The notes beneath the pieces were generated by a model that saw only the letters and a list, made by a program, of their open reading frames with translations, was not told where the DNA came from and searched no databases. Shown here in pieces: positions 46,015-56,194 of a stretch of DNA of 64,000 bases (position 1 is the first letter of the stretch; every line of letters starts with the position of its first letter). Source of the DNA: Candidatus Kerfeldbacteria bacterium RIFCSPLOWO2_02_FULL_42_19 (lineage in GTDB: Bacteria; Patescibacteriota; Patescibacteriia; HO2-48-17); NCBI GenBank assembly GCA_001818315.1, contig MHKF01000018.1, positions 325 to 64,324 of the forward strand, in the 5' to 3' direction. A program made the position numbers and the translations under genes.

Positions 46015-46596
46015 ATGCCTACCAAAACAACAAAGAAACCGCGTGTTATTACGCGTACTACTAAAAAGAGCACCAGTTCGTCAAAGCGTATAAAACGTAA
46101 AGCAACCTCTAAGATTCCGTTAACTCCAGCAACTACTCTTCAACCAAAAGAAGGTACGACTCCAACAGTGCTTCCTGTGTCACAAGAGAGTGCGGTATTA
46201 CGCAAAAAGTCGTATCTATATGCGGTTGGTAGACGTAAATCCGCCGTTGCTCGTGTGCGACTTTATGTTGATAAGCAATCCGAAATTACGGTGAATGAGA
46301 GATCTGCGGCTCAATATTTTCATAATTTTTATCTCGAGAAGATCGTAAGTGATCCCCTCCGTGCCACTGAATTACTTGGCAAAGTTGGATTGAGTATTAA
46401 AGTCAGTGGCGGTGGACCTCGGGGACAGGCTGAAAGTATTCGTCATGGCATCGCACGAGTATTGACAAGTTGGCAAAAAGAATTTCGTGCTCCACTGAAA
46501 CAAGCTGGGTTTTTACGTCGTGATCCACGTGTGAAGGAACGCAAAAAATACGGGTTAAAGAGAGCACGTCGTGCTCCACAATGGTCGAAGCGCTAA
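46015..46596 (+). CDS. rpsI: 30S ribosomal protein S9 with a basic N-terminal extension
   Basis: GRRKSAVARV, GGGPRGQA, ERKKYGLKRARRAPQWSKR. Confidence 0.98.
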   Translation: MPTKTTKKPRVITRTTKKSTSSSKRIKRKATSKIPLTPATTLQPKEGTTPTVLPVSQESAVLRKKSYLYAVGRRKSAVARVRLYVDKQSEITVNERSAAQYFHNFYLEKIVSDPLRATELLGKVGLSIKVSGGGPRGQAESIRHGIARVLTSWQKEFRAPLKQAGFLRRDPRVKERKKYGLKRARRAPQWSKR

Positions 46597-46613
46597 ACTT
46601 GCGGCTTGATACC

Positions 46614-48080
46614 ATGCAACAAAGTCTGGCCAAAAATACAACCTTACTGACTGCAGCATTTGCTTTTCAGAAAATTCTGTCTTTTTTTTATTTTACCGCC
46701 ATCGCTCGCAGTATCGGCGAAGAGAATCTTGGTAAATATGGGTTCGCTCTCACGTTTACCTCGATCTTTGTTATTTTTATGGATTTTGGTTTGGGGCCAA
46801 TTTTAACTCGGGAAGGCGCTAAAGATGAACGTACGCTTGGAGAAAATCTTCGTCGCATTGTTGCATTGAAACTTTTTCTTACCTTTTTCTCACTTATTGC
46901 TTTAGTATTGACGTTGTGGATCTACCATGAGATCAAGCCTGTTCCAGTTGATACGCGACTTTTAACATACCTCGCGATTGGTATCATCATCTTTGATACT
47001 TTTACTTTCACATTTTTTTCAATTTTTCGAGCAAGGCAGCGTCTGCAATACGAGGCGCTTGGTATTATGATTTATCAGGCGTTGATTGTCACAGCTGGAC
47101 TTTTTGTAATTTATTCTCATCTTCCGCTCTATGCTTTGATTCTGGCGATTCTTCTTGGGAGTATGTTTCAATTTACGTATTCGTTATTACTCGTAAAGTG
47201 GAAAGCGAAACTTTCTGTATGGCCGCACTTTGATTTTGGAACATTTAAAAAATTTATTTTCCTCGGCGCGCCTTTCGCGCTTGCAGGAATTTTTTTTAAA
47301 CTCAACGGATCCATTGATACGGTGATGTTGCACGGTTTGGCTGGCGAACGCTATGTTGGTTGGTATCTGGTAGCGCTGAAACTCACCACAGCTTTGACAG
47401 TGTTACCAGGGGCTTTTGCTACTGGTTTTTTTCCAGCAATGAGTCATTATTATCAACATGCTCGAGAAAAAATGGCTACGCTCTTTGAGCATTCTATGTT
47501 TTACCTCATGGTCATTAGTCTCCCGATCACTTTTGGAGTTCTGGTGATTGCTGATCGGATCATCCTCACTGTCTATGGGCCTGCTTTTGAAGCTTCGATT
47601 CAGGCATTGCAGATTTTTATTTCGAGTCTCTTATTTGTCTTTTTGAATTACCCTGTTGGTAACCTACTCAATGCAGCAGATAAACAAATGCGTAATACCG
47701 TACATATGGGGATTGCATTGTTCGTGAATATCATTTTGAATATTATGCTTATACCAAAATATACCTATATCGGTGCAAGTTTTGCCGCGCTCGCAACCCA
47801 TATAGTACTCATCCTTTTGGGTTTGCCGGTCGTATATCGCATTGTTCGTTTTCGTGTGCGATATCTTATCGATAAGCTGCTCCGTGTTTTTACTGCCGCC
47901 AGTATTATGGGAGTGTGTCTTTTTGTCATCGAACCTTATTTTTCTTTTTCTTTCGGTTTAATCTTTCTTATTTTTGTCGGTGCTTTTGTATACGCCATCG
48001 CACTTTTTTTAGTGCGCGCATTTTCGTTCGATGAACTTCGTTTTCTGTACTCTATTGCCTTAAGAAAAAAAGCGGTATGA
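46614..48080 (+). CDS. Wzx-type polysaccharide flippase
   Basis: Multi-TM; DFGLGPILTRE, IDTVML, VGWY. Confidence 0.9.
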   Translation: MQQSLAKNTTLLTAAFAFQKILSFFYFTAIARSIGEENLGKYGFALTFTSIFVIFMDFGLGPILTREGAKDERTLGENLRRIVALKLFLTFFSLIALVLTLWIYHEIKPVPVDTRLLTYLAIGIIIFDTFTFTFFSIFRARQRLQYEALGIMIYQALIVTAGLFVIYSHLPLYALILAILLGSMFQFTYSLLLVKWKAKLSVWPHFDFGTFKKFIFLGAPFALAGIFFKLNGSIDTVMLHGLAGERYVGWYLVALKLTTALTVLPGAFATGFFPAMSHYYQHAREKMATLFEHSMFYLMVISLPITFGVLVIADRIILTVYGPAFEASIQALQIFISSLLFVFLNYPVGNLLNAADKQMRNTVHMGIALFVNIILNIMLIPKYTYIGASFAALATHIVLILLGLPVVYRIVRFRVRYLIDKLLRVFTAASIMGVCLFVIEPYFSFSFGLIFLIFVGAFVYAIALFLVRAFSFDELRFLYSIALRKKAV

Positions 48081-49246
48081 AGCGAACGTTGCTTGTGACT
48101 CTTGATTTTCCGCCGCACATTGGTGGAGTAGCGCGCTATTATGATCAGTTATCGCGTCATCTTCCAAGCGATTTTTTTCTGGTGTTCGCGCCTTCTGTTT
48201 CAGACGCACATGAAGTTTCGGCACAAAGAGCATATGATCAACACGTGACGTTTCGTGTTCTTCGCGGTAGATTTTTTTGGAAATGGATGTGGCCGCATTG
48301 GTTGCCATTGCTCTGGCGCGTTGGGTGTGTCGTTCGTAAGGAGCACATCGAGCACGTTCTTGTTGGACAGATTCTTCCTGTCGGCACGGTGCTCTGGTTA
48401 TTGAATTTGATTTCGAGCATTGGTGTATTTCCTGTATTTTCTTATACTGTGATGACGCACGCGATGGATGTGATGCTTGTGCATCAAACACCGCGAAAGA
48501 AATGGCTCGCGAAGCATATACTTGCCAACGCGCACTCAGTGACGAGTGTCAGTACTTTTACAAAAGAGTACCTACAGCGTTTCGGTGTTGTTGAAAATCG
48601 ATTGCATGTGCTCCCGCCGGGTGTCTCTACGTCCATGTTTGGATCGTCCACATCGCGAAGCGATATCCGAAAAGAGATGCAATGTGAAGATGCCTTTTTG
48701 TTACTTTCTGTTGGACGACTTGTCGAACGGAAAGGATATGATAGGGTGATTCAAGCACTTTCTGCACTCTCTGGTCGTTATCCTCATATTCATTACCTGA
48801 TTGTTGGTGCTGGACCGTATGAAACTGCTTTACGAGCTCTTGTTGTACGTACAGGTTTAGTGAATCGTGTGCATTTGATAGGGCAAGTGTCTGATAATAA
48901 CCTTCCGAGTTATTATGCAACATGTGATGTTTTTATTTTACCGACAAGAGTCCTTGATGCTGGTAAGGATGTCGAAGGATTTGGTATTGTATTTTTAGAG
49001 GCCGCTTCTTTTGGTAAGCCTGTTATTGCCGGCAATACTGGCGGGGTTACGGATGCTGTGATTGATGAAGTGACAGGACTCTTGGTTGATCCAGAAAATA
49101 TTTCACATCTTGCAACGGCTATCGAGCGTCTCTATACAAATCCAGTATTGCGCAGTCGTTTTGGCGAAGCAGGGAAGAAACGTGTGCAAGAGCAATTTCA
49201 GTGGCCTACGATTGCTAAAAAATTTGAGGCACTATTGTCTTCGTAA
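48077..49246 (+). CDS. GT4 glycosyltransferase
   Basis: DFPPHIGG, VGRLVERKG, EGFGIVFLEA. Confidence 0.93.
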   Translation: MKRTLLVTLDFPPHIGGVARYYDQLSRHLPSDFFLVFAPSVSDAHEVSAQRAYDQHVTFRVLRGRFFWKWMWPHWLPLLWRVGCVVRKEHIEHVLVGQILPVGTVLWLLNLISSIGVFPVFSYTVMTHAMDVMLVHQTPRKKWLAKHILANAHSVTSVSTFTKEYLQRFGVVENRLHVLPPGVSTSMFGSSTSRSDIRKEMQCEDAFLLLSVGRLVERKGYDRVIQALSALSGRYPHIHYLIVGAGPYETALRALVVRTGLVNRVHLIGQVSDNNLPSYYATCDVFILPTRVLDAGKDVEGFGIVFLEAASFGKPVIAGNTGGVTDAVIDEVTGLLVDPENISHLATAIERLYTNPVLRSRFGEAGKKRVQEQFQWPTIAKKFEALLSS

Positions 49247-49275
49247 TCGCTCATATCGCGCAGTACGTCTCATAT

Positions 49276-50409
49276 ATGTTGCAAAATTCGATTGATATTG
49301 TCATGTTTGGCATGTCTGCTGCTTTTGAATGGGAGCAGGGATTTCGTAATCGGAATTTTTTTATTCTCCAAGCGCTCCTCAAGCATCCACGTGTTTCCCG
49401 TATTATTTTGGTTGATTTTGTGCCACCGACACTCAAGCGCGCACTGAAAGAATATTATTATGCGAAACTATTTCAGGGCGCAGGCGCTCTCTTACGCGGT
49501 TGGAATTTTCGTTGCACCCAAGCAAAACAGAATTTATATGTTTATTCTGGCATTTCGCATAAACCTTTAGTCAAGGTACTCACGCATTTAGGTATTCAGC
49601 GTCCCGTTCTTTGGTCATATAATCCGCTCGTTGTTGATTATCTTGCCGATATTCCGCATTCATTTTTTGTATTCGACGCAGTAGACAATTGGAGTGTACA
49701 CTCGGCGTATCGCAAGCACGCGAAAGAGCTTGTAAAAAATTACGATGTGATTCACAATGACGCTGATGTTATTTTTACGGTGGCTCCAGAATTGCGCAAT
49801 GTATTTCGTGGACATACACAAGTGCACTGGATTCCGAACGGCGTTGACTTTGCGCATTTTTCTACTCCCCGAGCAGTCCCACAGGATTTAGCCTCTATTC
49901 CTCACCCTCGTCTTGGCTATACCGGCGTCATTCAAGATCGCTTTGATGTCGCATTACTTTCACACGTTGTCGCGGAAAGACCAGATTGGCATTTTGTGTT
50001 GATTGGAGACGTTTGGCCTGATGCTCATATTGAATCACTACGAAAATACCCTCATGTTCATTTTTTTGGAAGAAAAACGTATGATATATTGCCGGCGTAT
50101 CTTCAGCATATTGATGTTGGTATCGTGCCGCATAAAGTGAATGCCTTCACGCAGACGATGAATCCACTCAAGATATATGAGTATCTCGCCTGTGGAAAAC
50201 CGGTCGTGAGCACGCCGGTTGCTGGAACGGAAATGTTCGCACACTATGTGAGTTGTGCTCCTACCGCTCAACAGTTTCAACATGCTCTTACGGAAGCTTT
50301 GCGTGATGATTCTATTGAACGTGTGCAACAACGACAAGCGTTCATGCGTGCACATACTTGGGAAAATCGCGTGCAGAGGATGTTTGCTATTATGGATACA
50401 GTGCATTAA
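49276..50409 (+). CDS. GT4-like (TuaH-type) glycosyltransferase
   Basis: IPNGVD, NPLKIYEYLACGKPVV. Confidence 0.9.
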   Translation: MLQNSIDIVMFGMSAAFEWEQGFRNRNFFILQALLKHPRVSRIILVDFVPPTLKRALKEYYYAKLFQGAGALLRGWNFRCTQAKQNLYVYSGISHKPLVKVLTHLGIQRPVLWSYNPLVVDYLADIPHSFFVFDAVDNWSVHSAYRKHAKELVKNYDVIHNDADVIFTVAPELRNVFRGHTQVHWIPNGVDFAHFSTPRAVPQDLASIPHPRLGYTGVIQDRFDVALLSHVVAERPDWHFVLIGDVWPDAHIESLRKYPHVHFFGRKTYDILPAYLQHIDVGIVPHKVNAFTQTMNPLKIYEYLACGKPVVSTPVAGTEMFAHYVSCAPTAQQFQHALTEALRDDSIERVQQRQAFMRAHTWENRVQRMFAIMDTVH

Positions 50410-50428
50410 CTTTTTTTTTAAAAGTGAT

Positions 50429-51235
50429 ATGCGTGTGTCAAAATATGTTACGCTGTTTCAGCTGACTTGGCAGGAATACTTGGCATATAGAATGAATTTT
50501 GCGCTGGAAGTATTCGGTTCGATTTTTCTGATCCTGGTTACGACCCTGGTATGGAAAACACTCTTTTCTACTCAAGGGTCCTTGATTGCAGGTTATTCGG
50601 AACATGAAATGATCACCTATGTTGTTGGTGCAGGTATGATTTCTTCGCTTCTGCTTTTAACTGCGCAAGGTGATGATATTAATGATGATATTCAGCAAGG
50701 CAGGCTTTCGGTACTGCTCTTGAAACCGTTTCATGCGACCGTGTATTGGTTGATTCGAGATATGTGTAGAAAATCTCTCACATTTATTATTGGCATTGTT
50801 GGGTATAGTGTGGTATTTCTTTTGTATCATGATATACTTTTTTTCCCAACTTCACTTTGGCAATTTGTGCTCTTTTTGGTATTTTTGTTCGTTGCTTCCC
50901 TTTTACATTACGGATTTTTTTATATTTTGAGTATTCTTAGTTTTTGGATAGATCAGACATGGGGATTTCGATTCGTCATGCGTGTTGTGATGGAAATTGC
51001 TGCCGGCGCTCTTATTCCTTTGAATCTTTTTGCTCCGCTGTGGCAGAAAATTTTTAGCGCTCTTCCGTTTCAATTTTTTGCATATGTGCCTATGCAAGTG
51101 TATATCGGAAAAGTTTCGTATTCACAGGCCTTTCTTTTATTAGGAGAGGGCATTTTGTGGCTTGGAGGCATTGCTATGATAGGGTATATCCTGTGGCGTA
51201 AAGGAATTCGCTTATACACAGCTCAAGGAAATTGA
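50429..51235 (+). CDS. ABC-2 family permease (DUF990 type), pair 1a
   Basis: DIQQGRLSVLLLKP, GALIPL, LPF, YTAQGN end. Confidence 0.85.
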   Translation: MRVSKYVTLFQLTWQEYLAYRMNFALEVFGSIFLILVTTLVWKTLFSTQGSLIAGYSEHEMITYVVGAGMISSLLLLTAQGDDINDDIQQGRLSVLLLKPFHATVYWLIRDMCRKSLTFIIGIVGYSVVFLLYHDILFFPTSLWQFVLFLVFLFVASLLHYGFFYILSILSFWIDQTWGFRFVMRVVMEIAAGALIPLNLFAPLWQKIFSALPFQFFAYVPMQVYIGKVSYSQAFLLLGEGILWLGGIAMIGYILWRKGIRLYTAQGN

Positions 51236-51243
51236 TTATCAAT

Positions 51244-52050
51244 ATGCTCGCAAAGACCTTGCTGAAATATTTTCATCTTTTTGTACTGTTTGGAAAAATC
51301 AGTATGATGAACCAGATAGCTTCGCGTCTGACCTTTGTCGTTGCTGTGATTGGAAAAATTATTCGCAGTGCGCTTTTAGTAGTATTTTTTCAGGCTCTTT
51401 TTTTGCACGTTTCATCGTTTGCGGGTTGGAGTTTTCCGGAAGTTTTACTTCTTATTGCTGTGTACTTGACGGTCGAATGGGCTGTGATTGTAACCTTTCA
51501 CCGGAATTTAGCCTACTGGTTTCCGAAGACGCTTCTCGATGGAAGTTTTGATTTTATACTCACGAAACCGCTCAGTCCCTTATTTTATTCGAGCTTTCGT
51601 ATTGTGGATTGGTTTGATATTGTGAGTGTACCTCCCATTGTGTTGTTGTGGGTGTATGTTTTGTCTCGGTTTCCCTGGTCATTGCAAGTTCAGGATATTG
51701 TGCTTTTTGTAGTTTTTCTGTTGCTTGCTATTCTATTTTATTTTGCACTTTTGCTTATGATTGCTTCTACAGCTTTTTGGACGATTCATGCAACGGGTGT
51801 TGGGCGATTTTTGGAAAATATTTTTCGTGCGGCACGATATCCTACGAGTTCTTTTCGAGGAGTTTTTCGTATTGTATTTCTTTTTGTTATTCCTCTTGGT
51901 TTTGTCGCGACTTTGCCAGTGGAAGTTCTGCTTGCACGCAGCTCATGGTACTCTATGTCGTATATGATAGTATTCGTCGCATTTTTGCTTTTCTTGGCAA
52001 TTCGATTCTGGCGTTTTGCTCTGAAACATTATTCGAGTGCCAGTAGTTAA
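51244..52050 (+). CDS. ABC-2 family permease, pair 1b
   Basis: GWSFPE, GSFDFILTKP, RYP, YSSASS end. Confidence 0.85.
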   Translation: MLAKTLLKYFHLFVLFGKISMMNQIASRLTFVVAVIGKIIRSALLVVFFQALFLHVSSFAGWSFPEVLLLIAVYLTVEWAVIVTFHRNLAYWFPKTLLDGSFDFILTKPLSPLFYSSFRIVDWFDIVSVPPIVLLWVYVLSRFPWSLQVQDIVLFVVFLLLAILFYFALLLMIASTAFWTIHATGVGRFLENIFRAARYPTSSFRGVFRIVFLFVIPLGFVATLPVEVLLARSSWYSMSYMIVFVAFLLFLAIRFWRFALKHYSSASS

Positions 52051-52054
52051 GTTT

Positions 52055-52840
52055 ATGTTTTCGAAATACATTCACACAGCGAAACTTTCCATACAAAATC
52101 AAATTGTTTACCGTTTTAACATCACTGTTTTTGCGCTTAAAGAAGTTATTGTTGCGTTTGCGCTTATTATTTTTTGGCATGCAGTGTATCAGGATGGATT
52201 TACACTTGGTAATTTTTCGTTTCATTCGCTTGTCGTGTATTACCTTACCGTTGCCTTGATGCAACTCGCGAGTAGCGAAGGTATTGCCTGGAATCTGATT
52301 GAAGATATTCAGGAAGGTAACATTTTGAATTTTATTCTTAAACCCCTCCAGAGCATTTGGTTTTTTCTTGCGCGCACTATCGGCGGAAAGATCGGACAGA
52401 GTTTTTTCTTGTGGCCTCTTCTCGGGTTCATTTTTATTGGCTTTTGGTATTTTCATCTTGTGACGATGCTTTCAATCGTGGCTTTTTTTCTCTTTTTTAT
52501 CCTTGCGCTTCTTTTGAGCTATTTTACTTATTTTCTCATTGCTATCATTGCTTTTTATACTGAATCAAGTTGGGCTTTTATTCTTTTTTGGCATTTTATC
52601 TCCAGTTTTCTTGGCGGCGCTTTTTTACCTCTTGATGCTTTTCCACTTTGGCTGCAACATTTGAGTGCATTCCTTCCGTTTCAGTATTTATTTTATGTGC
52701 CGGCTCGTTTTCTTGCTGGCGACTTTGAAAATTTTTGGTTTGCACTTTTGATAGTGTTCGCTTGGATAAGTATCTTTGCATTACTCTCAAAGTTTTTGTG
52801 GCATATCGGCATAAAATCTTATGAAGCCTATGGCAGATAA
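52055..52840 (+). CDS. ABC-2 family permease, pair 2a
   Basis: DIQEGNILNFILKP, GAFLPL, LPF, YEAYGR end. Confidence 0.85.
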   Translation: MFSKYIHTAKLSIQNQIVYRFNITVFALKEVIVAFALIIFWHAVYQDGFTLGNFSFHSLVVYYLTVALMQLASSEGIAWNLIEDIQEGNILNFILKPLQSIWFFLARTIGGKIGQSFFLWPLLGFIFIGFWYFHLVTMLSIVAFFLFFILALLLSYFTYFLIAIIAFYTESSWAFILFWHFISSFLGGAFLPLDAFPLWLQHLSAFLPFQYLFYVPARFLAGDFENFWFALLIVFAWISIFALLSKFLWHIGIKSYEAYGR

Positions 52841-53642
52841 GAAATCTTCTTTGCGACGTTATGTGCGAATCTTGTTTGCCTATATGCGTCTGTATCTTGC
52901 ACGACGAATGGCGTACCGGTTTGATTTTGTTTTGAATTTTATTTTGGCGGTTCTTTTTACGAGTATGTCACTCCTTTTTGTAACTTTTGTGTATCGCAAT
53001 GTCCCGGTTGTTGCCGGGTGGACGCGCGATGAAGCTTTGTTGATCGTTGCTTCCTATTCGATTGTGAATGGACTCGCGTGGATGTTTTGTTTCGGTGGAT
53101 TCTGGAATTTTGATCTGTTGCTTTCGACAGGAAAGTTCGATTCTTTTTTAGTGAAGCCTGCTCCGCCTATACTCCTTGTTGCTTTTTATCGTACAACGCT
53201 TGAAGATATCAGCGAGGTTTTGATTGGTGTTGTCCTTATCGCTCGGTATTATGTGCAGCATTCGGAACTCCATGTCTTTCCACATGTGTTCGGTGTTGCG
53301 CTGAGTTTACTATATGGCTTTATTATATATACAAGTGTTTTTGTGCTGGCGAAATGCTTGAGCTTTAAAAAAATTCAAAGTTGGTCTATGAATCGACTCG
53401 TGACGGATATGTTTGCGATAGGAAAATATCCTCAGAGTATTTTTCGTCAGACACTTTTACGTTTTACGACAACAGTCATCCTCCCGATTGCTTTTATTGG
53501 CACAGTACCCGCGAATTTTGTGAAAGGCGAGGGGACTATCGCGATTCTTCTTCTTGGCTTTGTGTTAACATGTATTTTTTTGTTTCTCACGCGCTTTGTG
53601 TGGCAGCGTTCATTGCGTGATTATTCAAGCGCCAGCAGTTAA
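52830..53642 (+). CDS. ABC-2 family permease, pair 2b
   Basis: GWTRDE, GKFDSFLVKP, KYP, YSSASS end. Confidence 0.85.
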   Translation: MADKKSSLRRYVRILFAYMRLYLARRMAYRFDFVLNFILAVLFTSMSLLFVTFVYRNVPVVAGWTRDEALLIVASYSIVNGLAWMFCFGGFWNFDLLLSTGKFDSFLVKPAPPILLVAFYRTTLEDISEVLIGVVLIARYYVQHSELHVFPHVFGVALSLLYGFIIYTSVFVLAKCLSFKKIQSWSMNRLVTDMFAIGKYPQSIFRQTLLRFTTTVILPIAFIGTVPANFVKGEGTIAILLLGFVLTCIFLFLTRFVWQRSLRDYSSASS

Positions 53643-53653
53643 AGTTTTAGCAC

Positions 53654-53688
53654 AGACTCCCGCAATGCGCTTGCAGGAGTCTTTTTTG
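53654..53688 (+). terminator. Intrinsic terminator
   Basis: AGACTCC-CGCAA...TTGCA-GGAGTCT then a T-tract. Confidence 0.6.
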
Positions 53689-53711
53689 ACTGCGATTTTG
53701 ATACTCGCGTT

Positions 53712-56078
53712 TTACGGTACTAATATCACGCGCCGTGTTACTCTCGTAAAGTCACTGGATTCGTTTGCTCGACGTCTGAGTTCAAAGACCATCGGTCGAC
53801 CTCGGTAGTCTTCTAATTTACAACTGTCAAATTCGAATGCTACCGTTTGATATCGCTCCCATTCATCTGTACCAAAATTTGTTGCATCGCTTTCGTTCGA
53901 AGCACAGATTTGAATAAGACCCCCGTCTTTCTTCGCTAAGCCGACTCGAAGTTGGAACTCTCCGGTGTCCTTTGGATCCAGGAGATTGAGTATCCAACTT
54001 TGCACAGGTACTTTCTTCAATTCACGTGTTTTGCTATACAATTCAGTATCACGGACAAACGGATAGGCGATATAGTAGAAAGAATTCAAGAATTTGCTTT
54101 CTTCGTGGACATACCTGCGCGGTGGAAGGAGCACAAGACCGTCTTCATTCACAACAACTTCTTTAAATATTTCGTTATTCCATTCATTGCGTTCTTTTAT
54201 GACATGGTCACTATCGAGTTGAACTTGCAAGAGGTTCCCGCCGGTTGTGAGTGCAGGATCTATTGCAGCGAATGTGAGTTGCTTCATACCGCGTGCCTTG
54301 AGCGTTTCGATAGTCTTCGTTATTTCTTTTTCACCTTTGATATTGAGTGTTATTGTGAAATTCGATGTTGCATTTTTGCTGGGATTCCATACTGCCATGT
54401 GGTATTGATATTGGTACTGTAAACTATTGATTGCGTTTTCATCCGGCACTTCCATTGCTTTTGTTTTGACTTGAACAATGCCATTTGAGAGAAGTTCTGG
54501 TAAAGCAGCTTTTTGTTGGAGGAATTTTTGTACATTCTTTAACGCTTTGCTTATTTTCGCAGACAGTGTTCCTTTTATATAGACAACATCATAATTAGCA
54601 GCGATATTTTTAAGCATGGACACTACGGTTCCTGGAGCCCAATCATCTGGTAATTCTGGACAGTACGTGCCCATTTGCGATGATTTCACACAGAATTTCG
54701 GCAAATACTCTCCTGGAGTCCAATCGTCTGGAATGTTTGTTCCAGGTGTCCAGCCATCAGGAAGCAGCGTGCCTGGTTCCCAATTATATTGATCAAGAAG
54801 TCCAGCAATGATCGCCCAAAGAGTTCCGAGATATTCACCAGCTTCCACGGTAAGTTCTTTTTTATCGAGCATCACGAAGGTAAAAGCTTTGTTATTTTTG
54901 GTATTGGCATCTGTGCCATTCTGCCATTCGAGAGAACCCAGCGCATTGATAAAGGCGTTAATTTCACCGGACCTAATTTGACCGTCACCGTTACTATCTA
55001 AAACAGGGAGGTTCAGTATTTTGTAACCTGACGGAGCCGTTACGGCAATAATATTACTATTCTTTATAAGATTTTTTGGCAGCGTGAACTGGAAGAAAGC
55101 CTTGCCACCAGCTGGGTAGAGAGTATCCGTTGTGCCTAATCTTGCGAAGAGTGCTTCGAGTGCCGCTTTTGCAGTTGGATAATCGTTGAGTGCTTCCAGC
55201 GCTTCATCTTTCCACGCTGACACTGCATCGGAATAATCAAATTCAATATCGAGACCGCTCTGGACTTTATTATTCACTTTCACTTCGAGGTTCGCAAAAT
55301 CACGCACGAGCGTACTCTGGCTGAGATTGATCACATATCCTGTAATCTCAAGGCCAGTGAGTTGGCTATCCTCATCAAGCTGCGGTATTGCTGTTAAGCC
55401 TTGGGTTGCAATATCCGGAGGATTGCTTGGCTGTTGTTGATCTTGATTGGGCTCTGGTGCTGTGACGGGAGCAAAAAGGATAACGTATTTGAGGTTGTTT
55501 GTTGTATTTTCGTCAGTAGCACTTGATCCGTCTGTTTTACTGAATGTTTTGTTCATAATCACGCTGGCAACAGCACCCGTTGTTTTATAGAACAAGCTTG
55601 GTTGGTTGAAGGAGAATTTTTTCTCTTCGCCAGGATTTAAAATACAATTCGTTGCTTCGGATTCTTCGTTGCACGAAAAACCTGCTTGCTTGCTGTATTG
55701 TTTGAGTATATCTGCAATTTCTTCATTAATTTTTCCAGCGTTTTGGAGAAAAGTAATCGTTGCTTCTTTCATATCAGGGAAGAGCTTGAGTTGCGTTGGT
55801 TTCACTACTACAGCTTCTGTTCCGCGATTCACAATTTTCCCTTCGATATTCAGAAGCACGAGACCATCTACTTCAAGTTTACTCGGAATTGCTGTAAGAT
55901 TTTCCACAGATACATCATATTTTGGCTGTTCATAGCTTACTTCTTCTGCGATGTTCTGTGTTGGCGCACGTTCAGCGCTGAGAGTTACTTGATTGCTACT
56001 CAAAAATAAGAAAACAAAAATTGCTAAAAAGGCGAATATTTTTTGCAAGTTTCTTTTGAAAGATTCTCGTCCGTACAT
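53712..56078 (-). CDS. Large secreted protein with CARDB-like domains, an EF-hand-like loop and WxPG repeats
   Basis: Signal; DENTTNN, DANTKNN, DSDHVIKERNEWNN; DSNGDGQIRSGE; WEPG/WTPG/WTPG/WAPG. Confidence 0.75.
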   Translation of the reverse strand: MYGRESFKRNLQKIFAFLAIFVFLFLSSNQVTLSAERAPTQNIAEEVSYEQPKYDVSVENLTAIPSKLEVDGLVLLNIEGKIVNRGTEAVVVKPTQLKLFPDMKEATITFLQNAGKINEEIADILKQYSKQAGFSCNEESEATNCILNPGEEKKFSFNQPSLFYKTTGAVASVIMNKTFSKTDGSSATDENTTNNLKYVILFAPVTAPEPNQDQQQPSNPPDIATQGLTAIPQLDEDSQLTGLEITGYVINLSQSTLVRDFANLEVKVNNKVQSGLDIEFDYSDAVSAWKDEALEALNDYPTAKAALEALFARLGTTDTLYPAGGKAFFQFTLPKNLIKNSNIIAVTAPSGYKILNLPVLDSNGDGQIRSGEINAFINALGSLEWQNGTDANTKNNKAFTFVMLDKKELTVEAGEYLGTLWAIIAGLLDQYNWEPGTLLPDGWTPGTNIPDDWTPGEYLPKFCVKSSQMGTYCPELPDDWAPGTVVSMLKNIAANYDVVYIKGTLSAKISKALKNVQKFLQQKAALPELLSNGIVQVKTKAMEVPDENAINSLQYQYQYHMAVWNPSKNATSNFTITLNIKGEKEITKTIETLKARGMKQLTFAAIDPALTTGGNLLQVQLDSDHVIKERNEWNNEIFKEVVVNEDGLVLLPPRRYVHEESKFLNSFYYIAYPFVRDTELYSKTRELKKVPVQSWILNLLDPKDTGEFQLRVGLAKKDGGLIQICASNESDATNFGTDEWERYQTVAFEFDSCKLEDYRGRPMVFELRRRANESSDFTRVTRRVILVP

Positions 56079-56194
56079 AATTTTGTCTTTTTAAGACTTA
56101 AATGTGATTCACTATACATGATACATATTTTGTCTTTCTTACGCAACAGAATGATTTTCTTTACAGTTCAGCCCGATTTCTCTAGAATGCAGAC

